Made by a program: the position numbers and the translations under genes. A DNA stretch of 64,000 bases from Lytechinus pictus. Taxonomy: Eukaryota. Below are positions 39,101 through 47,230 of the stretch, piece by piece (the stretch's first letter is position 1; every line of letters begins with the position of its first letter). The notes below the pieces were generated by a model. That model was not told where the DNA came from. It ran no database searches and was given only the letters and a program-made list of their open reading frames with translations. The stretch is from NCBI RefSeq assembly GCF_037042905.1, contig NC_087251.1, positions 21,702,001-21,766,000 of the forward strand, read 5' to 3'.

Positions 39101-42100
39101 GGATTCAATTCAAATTTATTTAGTGTAAACATGTACATGTACATGTATGAGACTGCAAACACAGGTCCCATCTTTGGCGATTAATGACAAGTGAGTCCCT
39201 GATTGTATAACTACAAGACTAGGTGGGTTTGTATAATGTTAACTGGAAAATCTCAATAGCTTTAAGACATGGCACTCGTCCGATTTATCAGCATCAGCGC
39301 ACCCCACCCCTCCTCATTTGATAAACAATAACAAACCTAGATATACATTGTAAAGCTGTTATAAAGACCTGCAGCCATTTAGGCCACCATTATTAATTTC
39401 TGTATTTAGCATAAAATCCACCAAATATTACCCCTTCCACTCAATGGATATCAAATAAGCCCAATAATCACCAGTTTTATTCGGTTTTTATGTCCATGTA
39501 AGATGTCTTTTTGCAAGAGTGGGTCTTGAACCAACCCATGAGATCACACTGGACAATCTTTAATATCCAAAACAGACGCTCTTTATACTTCAGTTTACCA
39601 ATTCGACAGTCCGAATTTCCCATCAAAGTACATACTATACACTGTACATGTACATATGTACCTGCACACATCTACAACAGTTTTCTAACGACCCCTAAAC
39701 TTTATTATAGTCGTAAATTCACAATTCTTGTTTATATGTATGTTGTCAAACCATTCAGAATTACTACCTCTCTTATTGAAAATGCATGTACTGTAGTAAC
39801 ACTGTAGAAGAGCCTACAAACTGAATTCACACAAATACAGTAACTGAAAAACTGTTTTTTTCATCACAAAATTTGAAAATGAGTTAAATTATTTTTGAAT
39901 TCCTCGAGTACAGTATGTGAAGTTAAAAAAGAATTTACATACACAAGTACATGTACACGTTCATGTAGTCACTCTACAGTACGATGAAAACTTAAGTTTA
40001 GATGTAGTTGAAAGAAAAAATAATTTACAAAGTGAAATAATGAATAAGGAAATCACTATTTTTCAGACATCACTATTATAATGTTACTGTACACATACTG
40101 TATGGTAAAAGTGTACTTTTATTATGTGTATTCCTATTCCATGAAATACACTTAAATTATCTCAATTTCATGTTTAAATGTAGACAATTATTACTTTATC
40201 ACAATCTGAACTATTGAAATATTGTATAGTGTTTGTACAGTACATGCACTAAATTTCATGTCGACTTTGTTAATTTGCAAGTCCTTCAAGAAGTTCATAA
40301 AAACAGACACAATCAATGGATACTGTGCATCCAGAGTATTAGAAAATAAGAACGAATTGAAATAAATACATTAGATAATAAATACATGAAAAAATAAACA
40401 ATGAAAGAAAAAATATAAGTACATGAATGAAAGAAGAAACAAATAAGACCAAATGAATAGATGCACTGTGCATTATACCATGGACCTACTACAACAGGTT
40501 TTGAAGCATGTCTATTGCACCAAGAATATTCAATATTCAATATAGCAGCATTGCTGACTTTGAAAACAACTATAGACTCGTGGAAGACGATCAGTGATAC
40601 TTGATTACCCTTATGTCCACATTTCATGAACTAGATCCATAAACTTTCAAAGTTATGATGGCAATTCAACAAACACCCCCAACACAGCCAAAGTTCATTG
40701 ACCTTGGCCATGTGACCTGAAACTCACGCAGAATGTTCACTGATGCTTGATTACTCTTATGTCCAGGTTTCATGAACTATATCCATATACTTTCAGAGTT
40801 ACAAGAATTATATTTAAAAAACTCAACCTTGGTTAAGATTTCGTTTTGATTCCCCCAACATAATTTAAGTTCATTGACCCTAAATGACCTTTGACTTTGG
40901 TCATGTGACATCAAACTCTGGCAGGAAGTTCAGTAATACTTGATAACCATTATGTCCAAGTTTCATGAATTAGACCCATAAACTTTCTAAGTTATGATTC
41001 CTTTTCAAAAACTTAACCTTCGGTTAAGATTTGATGATTACGACGACGCCGCCGTCGGAAAAGCGGCGCCGATAGTCTTGCTCTGCTATGCAGGCGAGAC
41101 AAAAATGGAACAAACTGTATGTCTATATACCTACCTCAAATACTGCTAGTATTGCATCCAAATCCTCTCGTTGTGCCTTATGGACCCGCTGTTTTGTGCT
41201 TGCCTCAAGTAGGATGAAATTTTCATAGAAAACATGATAGATGTGGGAAAAGTACTGTTCAAAATACGACTTCAGTTCTGATGTCTCTGCATTTTCTGGA
41301 AAATACAAAGAGGATATACATGTAATTATAAAGATATAATATAAACCTCCTTAAGAATATTGAATAATCCAGTTGTCTGACTGGTCAAAAGTGGGGTCAT
41401 GTTTAAGCCTGAGTCGAACCAATTTTAAAATCGGAGTTTGATCGATGTCATAGAGCACCGGTGCAGATTTTTCAAAATCGGTGTATCGAAACAAACAAAT
41501 GACAGTGTTGAAGGAAAGAAATACGGCCTTTTTGTTTGGTACACACAATCATCAAAATGAACAGATACGTCTAAATTAAATTCTAATTACTTAAATTATA
41601 TCCCCAAAATAAAACCTATTGTGTAATTATGATGCATATTCGCCATTAATTTGAAGTTTACTTTAATCCCAGTTCAAGTGTTTCTTGTCTGTTCATGCTG
41701 AGATGAATTCATGAATGAAATTCATTGTCTTCGATCGCGCATGAGCATTGTGCTTCCTTTGTAAGAGACGGATGGAATAAAAAGAGAAATAATGACAATA
41801 TTAATACTTCCATCAACATAACATAACTCTGATGACATTTCCAATATTTTTAATATGGCCATAAAAATTTATTACATCGTAATAATTTAATAATAACTTA
41901 CATCCAATAATCATTCATATAAATTTAGAGCTTGAGTTGTGACACCGAGTGCTCTAGCTCTGCACTGTCTTGTGTCTAAAATGGATTATCATTTCAGAAT
42001 TCTTGTATATTGTCATAACTCATATTCCACAAACTTTCCTCATAATCAGCATACTACAGAACACCGATTCAAATGACCAGCCAGAAAAAACTAGAACTAT

Positions 42101-45100
42101 CACTGAAGGTGATTAATACCAGCCATGGCGTAATTTCCTTCAGCAAGAAATTTATCCACACTGTTCTGCACTCAACCCAGGTGAGGTGAATGGGTACTCG
42201 GTAGGAAGAAATTCTTTGAATGCTTTGAGTGCTTAGGCAGCCCAGGAAAGCCGGGGTAATAATAATAGCAGGGCCCGCCGGGAGAACAGTTTTCAGAACT
42301 GAAGTGGCTTCCCTGGGTAAATATACCTATATTAATATTATTGTTAATTGAGGAAGTAATTCAAACTGCAAGATTTCCATCCAATTTTCAACGTAGTAGT
42401 TTCAAAGTAGTTTGAACTATAAGATTTTTACCTTATTTTTGCCATAACATCCCGTTACCATGGCAACATAATTCCGACACATACGAAAAATATGTCTTGC
42501 ACATCTTTACCCCAACACCAATACATGTATGTGTGACAAGTTTCATGAGAATTGGTTAAAAACTGAGGAAGTATTTCGATGCGCAATATTTGCAACGGAC
42601 CGCCTGACCATACACTGATTCCTACATGTACCCCTTTAAACTTTGTTTGGCGAGGGTATAATAACGTATGATACTTATTCCCATCAATTAAGAGCTGATT
42701 TTGGATCAAACTTCATCTCCGGCAAGTTATGTGCTCTCTGCTAGTATAGCACTTGTTGGCCAGAAAGCATGCAGTCGTTTAAGGAGAGCGAGGGTACGAG
42801 GCACTGTACCGTTTGTGTGTCTGTGACTGAGTTGACCAAAAACCATTCGGATCAACACTGTGTGATTCATGTCTTTTAAATATAAGCCTGAGTCACATTG
42901 ATTATTTTGCAAACCAGAGTTCGACAGCTTTAATTCGATTGAACATTGAGGCATCAAGTTTTGAAGGCGGGAAAATCAAGTCAATTTTTTGCTCCGTCGA
43001 TACATGCACTGCAACGATATGCGCTGAGTGGGGTAAGCGCTGCACAAGCAGGTGACAGAGCAAAGTTTGTTTGTAATTTCCATGATCACAAAAAAACGGA
43101 CCAATGCAGAATTCTTCCTAAAATATCTAAAATAATGATATTTATAGATCTATGACAACATATACGGTACGTTTGAAATGAAAGACATGAATCACGAAGA
43201 GTCAATACGATTCTCAGTCAACTCTCACATACTACACAGCCCCGTACGCAGCCCTGTACACTCACTCTCCAGAAACGACAAGTATGCTTGCCGGCCAACA
43301 AGTGCTATACTAGCGGAGAGCATTAACCTTGTCTGAGATGTAGTTGGATCCAAAATGAGTTAATGGGAATAAACATTGTAAGTAATTTTCTCTGGATGGT
43401 CACTTGAATTGGTATTCTATGCTGATATAGCGATTGTAAGAAAAGTTTATGTAATACGAGTTATGTGTGTACCAAATGGAAAGGTAGTAGAGTTCACACA
43501 GTCATTTTTTTATTTTTTATATTTGCACCAATTTTGCAAAATCTGCACCGGCACTCGATGACATTGATCAAACGCCGATTTTAAAATCAATTTGACACAG
43601 GCTTATCTTTCATACTATTTTATTTCAAATGTATACCTTGTCATCTGCAAATATCATTGTTTAAGATATTTTAGGAAGAATTTTTATTCATTTATTTATT
43701 TAAAAATCTTTCCCCAGGATAGGCCAAAACGGAATAATCTTTATTTTGGTACAATTTTTTTAAAAGATTTTTATGAAATAAAGACAAAAATCAATGAGCC
43801 CTGTCGGGGGGATTTTGCATTGTTAACGCTCTAATGGTGGCTGCACGATAGCGAGCTGTCTGTGTACGAGGAGAAATTAAAAATTAAAAAAAATGTTAAA
43901 AAACTCCTTGAAACAGACGGCTGCCAGCTGTCTGTGTCAGACTTAGACAGCTGGCAGCCGTCTGTTTCGAGGAGTTTTTTAACATTTTATTTTTTTTTAA
44001 ATTTCTCCTCATACACAGACGGCTCGCTAGCGTGCAGCCACCATTAGGGGACTTGCAATGCAAAATCCCCCCGTCGGGGCTCTTCAATTTTTGTCTTTAA
44101 TGAGTAAAAATTTTGAAAAGTCACGCGACCAAAATGCAAATTAATATTCCCTCTTGGCATCAATTGCCAAAAAACGGAGAAAAATCAAGTTAAAAGGAAC
44201 AAAAACAGTGACTTACCTCGGCTGTCGCGCAAATTCACTTCCCCGTTTTATCCGATCTTAAGTACATAAACATATGGCCATTGAGTCCCCTGTACAGATC
44301 GCGCTAGAACTTCGGTCTCTGTATTTGGTGAGTGAAGCCAACGGAGTTCAGCTGAACAACCAACATAACAGAGACCGAAGCTTTTGGTCTATGTCAGACT
44401 GTGCCAACTCCATGCAAGGCAAAAAAGCTAAAGGCCCATTCATATATGATGGTGGTCCCCAAGTCTGCGCACTAACAATTCAAGTAAAGATTTAACATGA
44501 ATTTCTCTTCATTTCACAAAATCTTTCAGACAATAATGTTCCTTATATCATTATAAGTGTACAAAATATCTCATAAAGATTTGAAAGAAATATAGGATTT
44601 TCTTGGAAAAAAAACCTTGGGCACTCATTTTCAGATTGAAAAAAAATGGTACCCCATGTCTGCACACCCATTTACTTTGCACACGATTCAGGGATTTTGA
44701 TGAGAAAGGCTGCATTTTGAGGCCGTCACATGGAATGCCCCCCCAAAAAAAATTTCCACCATTGAGTCAGATTTTTTAATGAATATCTGTTCATGTATTG
44801 CGTGTGTAAAGTTTGTGTTTGTTGCATATCTTCTTATACTAGAACTTAGATTAAAAGTAGAAAACTAACGTTAGATTCTTAGAATCGCGCAGATACGCGT
44901 GTGCGCAGTCGCAGACAAGGGGGACTGCGCAGACTTGGGGGAAATTGCCATAACATTAACAATGTTGTTATGACTTATGAACTTATTTATGCCGATTAAT
45001 TTATGGCAAGTTATGGCAATTAACAACAATAACATCATCGATCCTTAGCCGGCTTAGCATTTTATTAGGAAAAAGTCGAAGTCTAACTCTTCTATGAAGA

Positions 45101-45368
45101 AACATTAAAACATTAATCACCGACATTGATAACTAAAAACAAGTTCACAAACAACATACAGAACATAGCTAGTATAGTTATAGTAGCCATAGCTGCATAG
45201 CATTCTACCCCGGTATTTCTAACGTTAGGAAATAGGAAAATGAGCTGAACCGATTCGCCTACCAATCACGACTCGCAGGTGTCTGAGCCGAGAGAGCACA
45301 TCTTTCTTTAAATCCAGCACCTTCTGACCAGATTTCTTAAAGTCTCCGTGTGATTTTTTACTGAACAT
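1..45368 (-). CDS. RALGAPA1: Ral GTPase-activating protein subunit alpha (RALGAPA1/2 orthologue), multi-exon gene, 3'-truncated at window edge
   Basis: 24 exons spliced in consistent phase give [39 protein letters not shown]...RWQFHSIG...[18 protein letters not shown]...SFSRGWSR...[15 protein letters not shown]...[18 protein letters not shown]. These match motifs I recall from vertebrate RalGAPalpha ([49 protein letters not shown]). Confidence 0.96.
2410..3372. mobile_element. Tc1/mariner-type non-autonomous element (963 bp)
   Basis: TA | CAGTGCGTATCAAAAAAAAGTTTACACTT ... AAGTGTAAACTTTTTTTTGATACGCAAATG | TA; second copy at 63651. Confidence 0.88.
3510..3891. mobile_element. foldback element made of ~15-16 bp TTGGTCTAAT-type units
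   Basis: left arm TTGGTC(C/T)A units, right arm T(A/G)GACCAA units, centre GTCTAATTAGAC at ~3679-3690; interrupts the host AATCAAGTAT...AACATCCTG. Confidence 0.75.
4636..5324. mobile_element. non-autonomous TIR element with CAT(A/G)G ends (P/hAT-like)
   Basis: 24-bp TIR CATGGGCCTATGAAGAGATGGACA / CGTCCATCTCTTCATAGGTCTATG; ~7-bp TSD CTTACAT/CATACAT. Confidence 0.7.
5900..6100. repeat. degenerate (ATC/ATT)n low-complexity tract
   Basis: runs of atcatc/attatc. Confidence 0.6.
6848..6976 (-). CDS. RALGAPA1: RalGAPalpha exon 23 (129 nt)
   Basis: tttgcacag|; [30 protein letters not shown]...LD; |gtgagt. Confidence 0.95.
7231..7485 (-). CDS. RALGAPA1: RalGAPalpha exon 22 (255 nt)
   Basis: tttgtttag|; [12 protein letters not shown]...PWLFRAT...[15 protein letters not shown]; |gtgaga. 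Confidence 0.95.
7933..8129 (-). CDS. RALGAPA1: RalGAPalpha exon 21 (197 nt)
   Basis: attcag|; [36 protein letters not shown]...WQMLAK; |gtaaga. Confidence 0.95.
8272..8421. mobile_element. small PIF/Harbinger-like MITE
   Basis: GGCCCTGTTTTATGAAGC ... GCTTTTATGAAACAGGGC inverted ends; central GATTGGCT. Confidence 0.6.
8960..9529 (-). CDS. RALGAPA1: RalGAPalpha exon 20 (570 nt, phase 1-1, acidic Ser/Thr/Gly/Pro-rich linker)
   Basis: cctcatag|; 190 open codons within ORF 8952..9542; G|gtaagt. Confidence 0.87.
9800..10439. mobile_element. non-autonomous TIR element with AAAT target duplication (Sola-like)
   Basis: AAAT | CGTCGGCGGTCATCCGAACCGTC ... GACGGTTCAGATGAACCCTGACG | AAAT; internal inverted pair at ~10079-10205. 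Confidence 0.75.
10790..10870 (-). CDS. RALGAPA1: putative cassette exon 19 (81 nt, phase 1-1)
   Basis: cctgcacag|; (E)[27 protein letters not shown]|gtatgc; open frame, no recognisable homology. Confidence 0.5.
12108..12281 (-). CDS. RALGAPA1: RalGAPalpha exon 18 (174 nt, phase 1-1)
   Basis: cttctaacag|; [22 protein letters not shown]...[12 protein letters not shown]...NK; G|gtcagt; RxRSxT and RSSS motifs resemble the RalGAPalpha linker. Confidence 0.8.
12398..12560. mobile_element. small palindromic MITE
   Basis: AGGTGAGCGATTAATCGCTAA ... TTAGCGATTAATCGCTTACCT inverted arms. Confidence 0.6.
14150..14200 (-). CDS. RALGAPA1: putative cassette exon 17 (51 nt, phase 1-1)
   Basis: cctgctttttcag|; [17 protein letters not shown]|gtaaga; open frame, no recognisable homology. 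Confidence 0.55.
14381..14696 (-). CDS. RALGAPA1: RalGAPalpha exon 16 (316 nt)
   Basis: gtttcag|; [34 protein letters not shown]...SFSRGWSR...EKD; |gtaagt. Confidence 0.95.
15139..17294. mobile_element. TA-target non-autonomous DNA transposon (host of a nested HINE)
   Basis: TA | GGGGAAGGCGGGGTAAGTTG ... CAACTTACCCCGCCTTCCCC | TA, perfect 20-bp TIR; internal GGTAAGTTG/CAACTTGCCCC subrepeats. Confidence 0.88.
15308..16608 (-). mobile_element. HINE/DINE-1-like element with ~7 tandem ~155-bp core repeats
   Basis: subterminal inverted repeats GTCTCACCTGC (15332-15342) / GCAGGTGAGAC (16593-16603), adjacent hairpin, GCC-rich stretch, A-rich insertion site; units contain GACCTTTGACCTTGGTCATGTGACC. 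Confidence 0.85.
17407..17529 (-). CDS. RALGAPA1: RalGAPalpha exon 15 (123 nt)
   Basis: ggtaaag| (AAG acceptor); [11 protein letters not shown]...[23 protein letters not shown]; |gtaagt. Confidence 0.94.
17907..18178. mobile_element. PIF/Harbinger-like MITE
   Basis: GGGCCCCGTTTTACAAAGA ... TCTTTGTAAAACGGGCCCC; same family in opposite orientation at 30783-31028. Confidence 0.75.
18508..18616 (-). CDS. RALGAPA1: RalGAPalpha exon 14 (109 nt)
   Basis: tttttag|; [15 protein letters not shown]...QLAHILFQ; |gtaagt. Confidence 0.95.
18671..19330. mobile_element. GC-rich Harbinger-like MITE (TAA/TTA flanks)
   Basis: TGGTCACACCGCCAGAACTTTGCTGGAGCG ... CGCTCCAACAAAGTTCAAGCAGTGTGACCA inverted termini. 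Confidence 0.75.
19674..19840 (-). CDS. RALGAPA1: RalGAPalpha exon 13 (167 nt)
   Basis: ttttccag|; [14 protein letters not shown]...[23 protein letters not shown](W); |gtaaga. Confidence 0.95.
20143..20301 (-). CDS. RALGAPA1: RalGAPalpha exon 12 (159 nt)
   Basis: gtttcag|; NETRGPP...[11 protein letters not shown]...[11 protein letters not shown]; |gtacgt. Confidence 0.91.
20870..21452. mobile_element. two tandem copies of a Harbinger-like MITE (the first interrupted by a hAT-like MITE)
   Basis: CTGAGCC-TGTTACCATGGTAGTTGCCATAAT...TTTTATGAAACAGGCAC at ~21202-21275 and again at ~21362-21450. Confidence 0.65.
20955..21187. mobile_element. hAT-like MITE with 8-bp TSD
   Basis: ATTGTGAC | CATTGGCGGTGGAAGC ... 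GCTTCCGCCGCCTATG | ATTGTGAC. Confidence 0.88.
21461..21694 (-). CDS. RALGAPA1: RalGAPalpha exon 11 (234 nt)
   Basis: ctcttag|; [14 protein letters not shown]...CLPVVE; |gtgagt. Confidence 0.9.
21925..22440 (+). mobile_element. degraded, internally deleted L2/CR1-group LINE 3' fragment
   Basis: KYLG..LDSQL / [17 protein letters not shown] / [17 protein letters not shown] remnants, T-rich 3' UTR, terminal stem AAGGTGGAAGG...CCTTCCACCTT, AATAAA-rich tail. Confidence 0.65.
23082..23289. mobile_element. Tc1-like MITE (208 bp)
   Basis: TA | CAGTGGTGCTCAAAAGTTAGTGA ... TCACTAAATTTTGAGCACCAATG | TA. Confidence 0.82.
23726..23797 (-). CDS. RALGAPA1: RalGAPalpha exon 10 (72 nt)
   Basis: ttccaag| (AAG acceptor); [24 protein letters not shown]; |gtaaga. 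Confidence 0.92.
23994..24261 (-). CDS. RALGAPA1: RalGAPalpha exon 9 (268 nt)
   Basis: cttctcag| (NAGNAG CAGTAG); SIFADKPEL...[23 protein letters not shown]; |gtattt. Confidence 0.92.
24722..24851 (-). CDS. RALGAPA1: RalGAPalpha exon 8 (130 nt)
   Basis: tttgcag|; (E)IPQARST...[14 protein letters not shown]...KS; |gtatgt. Confidence 0.9.
24927..25270 (-). mobile_element. tRNA-derived SINE
   Basis: A-box TGGTGTAGTGG, B-box GTTCGAATCC, core GACCCAGGTGCTAAATGGGTACC, L2-like tail CGCGCTTTGGG...AAAAGCGCTTTATAAA. Confidence 0.88.
25880..26276. repeat. ~124-bp degenerate tandem repeat (3+ units) at the 5' end of intron 7
   Basis: CAAATGTACC at 25913, 26038 and 26161; shared ATATCATCCTGA..AAATGACC and TTAGCCTAAAAGAAGTA. 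Confidence 0.75.
26277..26415 (-). CDS. RALGAPA1: RalGAPalpha exon 7 (139 nt)
   Basis: ttgtag|; [46 protein letters not shown]; |gtactt. Confidence 0.93.
26915..27030 (-). CDS. RALGAPA1: RalGAPalpha exon 6 (116 nt)
   Basis: ttttcactag|; [18 protein letters not shown]...[12 protein letters not shown]; |gtacgt. Confidence 0.93.
28734..28917 (-). CDS. RALGAPA1: RalGAPalpha exon 5 (184 nt)
   Basis: ttcctgcag|; [19 protein letters not shown]...LVPGFP...NLD; |gtaagt. Confidence 0.94.
28950..29650. repeat. CT-rich low-complexity tract filling intron 4
   Basis: almost G-free plus strand over ~700 bp. Confidence 0.85.
29706..29749 (-). CDS. RALGAPA1: RalGAPalpha exon 4 (44 nt)
   Basis: tttgcag|; (G)[14 protein letters not shown]; |gtaatt; phase fits both neighbours. 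Confidence 0.92.
30783..31028. mobile_element. PIF/Harbinger-like MITE (same family as 17907-18178)
   Basis: GGGCCTGCCTTACAAAGAGTTG ... TAACTCTTTGTACGACAGGGCCC. Confidence 0.7.
31779..31952. mobile_element. palindromic Harbinger-like MITE
   Basis: TTTCATAAAGCTGTTCGTAAGTTAAGAGCGACT ... AGTCGCTCTTATCTTACGAACAGCTTTATGAAA; CCAGG/CCTGG flanks. Confidence 0.8.
32494..32652. mobile_element. small Harbinger-like MITE
   Basis: GGGGAGCCTTTCAT ... ATGAAACACTCCCC; internal TCCGACAAGTC/GACTTGTCGGA. Confidence 0.65.
34143..34200 (-). CDS. RALGAPA1: RalGAPalpha exon 3 (58 nt)
   Basis: ctttcag|; [19 protein letters not shown](G); |gtgagt. Confidence 0.93.
34398..35731. mobile_element. long-TIR MITE (TTAA/Kolobok-like) split by a nested HINE-like element
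   Basis: GGGAAGTTCACCCTGA...ATTTGTGACATCATATGCAAGCAGCTT inverted to AAGCTGCTTGCATATGACATCACAAAT...TAGGGCAAACTTCCCC|TTAA. Confidence 0.72.
34678..35516 (-). mobile_element. second HINE-like family with tandem core repeats
   Basis: AAACAAG end with palindrome GTGGTTCACGAACCAC and GTCTTGCCTG; repeated GACCTTTGACC...AGAAATGAGAGCAAG units; GACCAACG motifs near the other end. Confidence 0.72.
36590..36740. repeat. CT-rich low-complexity tract
   Basis: (TC)n and poly-C runs. Confidence 0.7.
36774..37922. mobile_element. non-autonomous TIR element with CCCG(G)n ends and 8-bp flanking duplication (host of a nested TTAA element)
   Basis: CTTGAACC | CCCGCGGGGGCCACTT..ATTGACG ... CGTCAATGTAAGTGGCCCCCCCGGG | CTTGAACC; internal ACCCTAAACA/ACCCTT..CAAGTATT subrepeats. 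Confidence 0.82.
36910..37515. mobile_element. TTAA-target (Kolobok-like) palindromic MITE
   Basis: TTAA | AGGTCAAGTCCACCCCAG ... CTGGGGTGGACTTGTCCT | TTAA; related copy at 48846-49372. Confidence 0.88.
38168..38392 (+). mobile_element. degenerate tRNA-derived SINE
   Basis: A-box-like TAACTCATTCAGTAG, B-box-like GGCTCGATTCC, GCCCTTTGGTAAGGCATTTA, GAGGACCTTAAGCAGTTGGTCC, A-rich end. Confidence 0.7.
40533..41105 (-). mobile_element. HINE-like element (same family as 15308-16608), ~30 bp from the exon 2 donor
   Basis: shared GCAGCA.TGCTGACTTTGAAAACAACTATA, core repeats, and GGAAAAGCGGCGCC...GCAGGCGAGACAAAAA end. Confidence 0.82.
41135..41295 (-). CDS. RALGAPA1: RalGAPalpha exon 2 (161 nt)
   Basis: ttttccag|; (E)[26 protein letters not shown]...[12 protein letters not shown]; |gtaggt. 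Confidence 0.95.
42108..42343 (+). mobile_element. 5'-truncated SINE with LINE-like stem-loop tail
   Basis: core CACTCAACCCAGGTG..GAATGGGTAC; tail GGGCCCGCCGGGAGAACAGTTTTCAGAACTGAAGTGGCTTCCCTGGGTAAATATA plus ATT-rich end. Confidence 0.8.
42400..42665 (-). mobile_element. HINE-like fragment
   Basis: AAGTTTCATGAGAATTGG, ACGGACCGCCTGACC and terminal TACCCCTTTAAACTTTGTTTGGCGAGGGTATAATAA hairpin. Confidence 0.55.
43779..44099. repeat. near-perfect ~320-bp palindrome (foldback)
   Basis: arms symmetric about 43939: GAAACAGACGGCTGCCAGCTGTCT / AGACAGCTGGCAGCCGTCTGTTTC, extending to TAAAGACAAAAAT / ATTTTTGTCTTTA. Confidence 0.92.
44447..44950. mobile_element. probable TA-target MITE
   Basis: CCCCAAGTCTGCGCA ... 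TGCGCAGACTTGGGG inverted near both ends. Confidence 0.6.
45263..45368 (-). CDS. RALGAPA1: RalGAPalpha coding exon 1 (106 nt, start codon)
   Basis: ATG at 45368-45366; [35 protein letters not shown]; donor G|gtaggc. Confidence 0.95.
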
Positions 45369-45508
45369 GTCTTATCAATTGGTAATAGCACAATAAAGAA
45401 GACGAAAACTACAGAAAATTGATCCCATTCTCATCTCAATTTCATTCGTCGTTCAAGACCACAATACAGCTCCGATCGCTAGCTATCTAAGGTCAAGGGA
45501 TTTTCGTT

Positions 45509-45520
45509 TGCGCATGCTCA
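45509..45520. promoter_or_regulatory. NRF1-like element in putative RalGAPalpha promoter
   Basis: TGCGCATGCTCA (one mismatch to TGCGCATGCGCA) ~140 bp upstream of the ATG in a locally CpG-richer segment. Confidence 0.45.
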
Positions 45521-46431
45521 GAAATCAGTACGATTATCGTCATCTTCAAATTGGCAATCTTAATTCTCAAACTTATTCACTTATAAGACAGTCAAAATAA
45601 AATTTTGTTCCATTTTATAGGCAAATTTATATATAGTAATTAAAATAAAGTTTAATTATTTTTGTTTTAGATAAAAAATTGATGATTAAGACAAGATAAT
45701 TCTTCTAAAAAACAATGACAAAAATGAATGAAAGAAAAGTTATGATCATGTGACACTGTCACCTGTTCACAAGACTGAACCTAGGAGACAGTTTATAGAA
45801 TTCGGTGGCATAGACCACAGAAAATTAATACAATTAGTTGGCATAGACTTTGCTGCAAATTGCCGTGCCTTTAGTTGAATCGGAAATAGCGGGTCCCATC
45901 CCCATCTTGATATATTTCTCTAACCATCCTTTTGGTATTGCCTGAAATGTCCAGTTAATGAATTTTGATGTTCCCTTTGCCAAATCGTGTTCCAGGGGGT
46001 TCAAAATTGGCAATTTTGGCGGCCATCTCGCATTTTTTTTCATGAAAATCACCGGAAAATCATTAATTTTCATCTAGTATTGCACAGATAATAGGAAAAT
46101 ACGCTTTTAATTATGGTTTAGAAAGTAGAAATCGATTGCAATCTTTTTCTGGATAGTCCATTAATAATATTTGAAAAAAATGAGAATTTAGGCCCAAATT
46201 TTCATGCTTCGGTAAAAATGTGTGCATTAATAAAAGTGTTTTTATCTTAAAGATCAACAATTTATACAAAATATCAGCATTCGACACGAAAGAGGATATG
46301 TTAACGAGAATAATGATATGCTTCATGGCAGTATTAATGTCTTAATTTGCTTAGATAAAGGGCAGATACTTCCAAATGTATTACTCGATATTGCGATAAA
46401 ATGACACCAAAAAGCAACCTCTGTGTCTTAT

Positions 46432-46650
46432 GGGGCATTGCAAGAATCTTGCGATCAACTGCAAGTCTATTTTCAGTCGCTAAATGATTCATAAGTCTTG
46501 CAATTGAATGTAAATTCATGATTGATCGTTAATCTGCTCCTTGAGACAAGGAGTGTAATCTGATTTTCTGCAGGTAAACTTGATCTATCAATTGTAAAAT
46601 TGCAACAGAATATTTGCAATTAATTGCAAATATTTTCTTGCAACACCCCC
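46432..46650. mobile_element. Harbinger-like MITE
   Basis: GGGGCATTGCAAGAA ... TTCTTGCAACACCCC; partial relative at ~17561-17710. Confidence 0.6.
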
Positions 46651-46809
46651 TTAGTCACACTAATCTGTGGCGTAACAACGAGGGGGGCACGGGGGGCACG
46701 CCCCCCCCCCCCCACTGGCTGGCAAAAAAACGGCGGAAAAGGAGAAAAAGACGGAGAAAGGAAGAGAAACATAGTGGGGAAAGAATAAATTATTGTATAT
46801 TATAATATG

Positions 46810-47230
46810 TCATATTATATTATATTATATTATATTATATTATATTATATTATATTATATTATATTATATTATATTATATTATATTATATAATATTATAT
46901 TATATTATATTATATTATATTATATTATATTATAATATATTATATTATATTATATTATATTATATTATATTATATTATATTATATTATATCATATCATAT
47001 CATATCATATCATATCATCTTATCTTATCTTATATTATATTATATTATATTATATTATATTATATTATATTATATTATATTATATTATATTATATTATAT
47101 TATATTATATTATATTATATTATATTATATTATATTATATTATATTATATTATATCATATTATATTATATTTGTTATATCATATCGTATTGTGCTATGTT
47201 ATGTTATATTATATTATACTATTATATTAT
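46810..47230. repeat. (TATAT)n pentanucleotide microsatellite within a GC-ended interspersed repeat starting ~46665
   Basis: long TATTA array with CATAT variants. Confidence 0.95.

Larger units (their letters stand above)
41404..43605. mobile_element. old foldback DNA element; left arm broken by later insertions
   Basis: right arm 43180-43605 is inverted to left pieces 41404-41548, 42015-42100 and 42672-42878 (e.g. TTTTAAAATCGG.GTTTGATC.ATGTCAT.GAG..CCGGTGCAGATTT; CTAGTATAGCACTTGTTGGCC). Confidence 0.75.
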
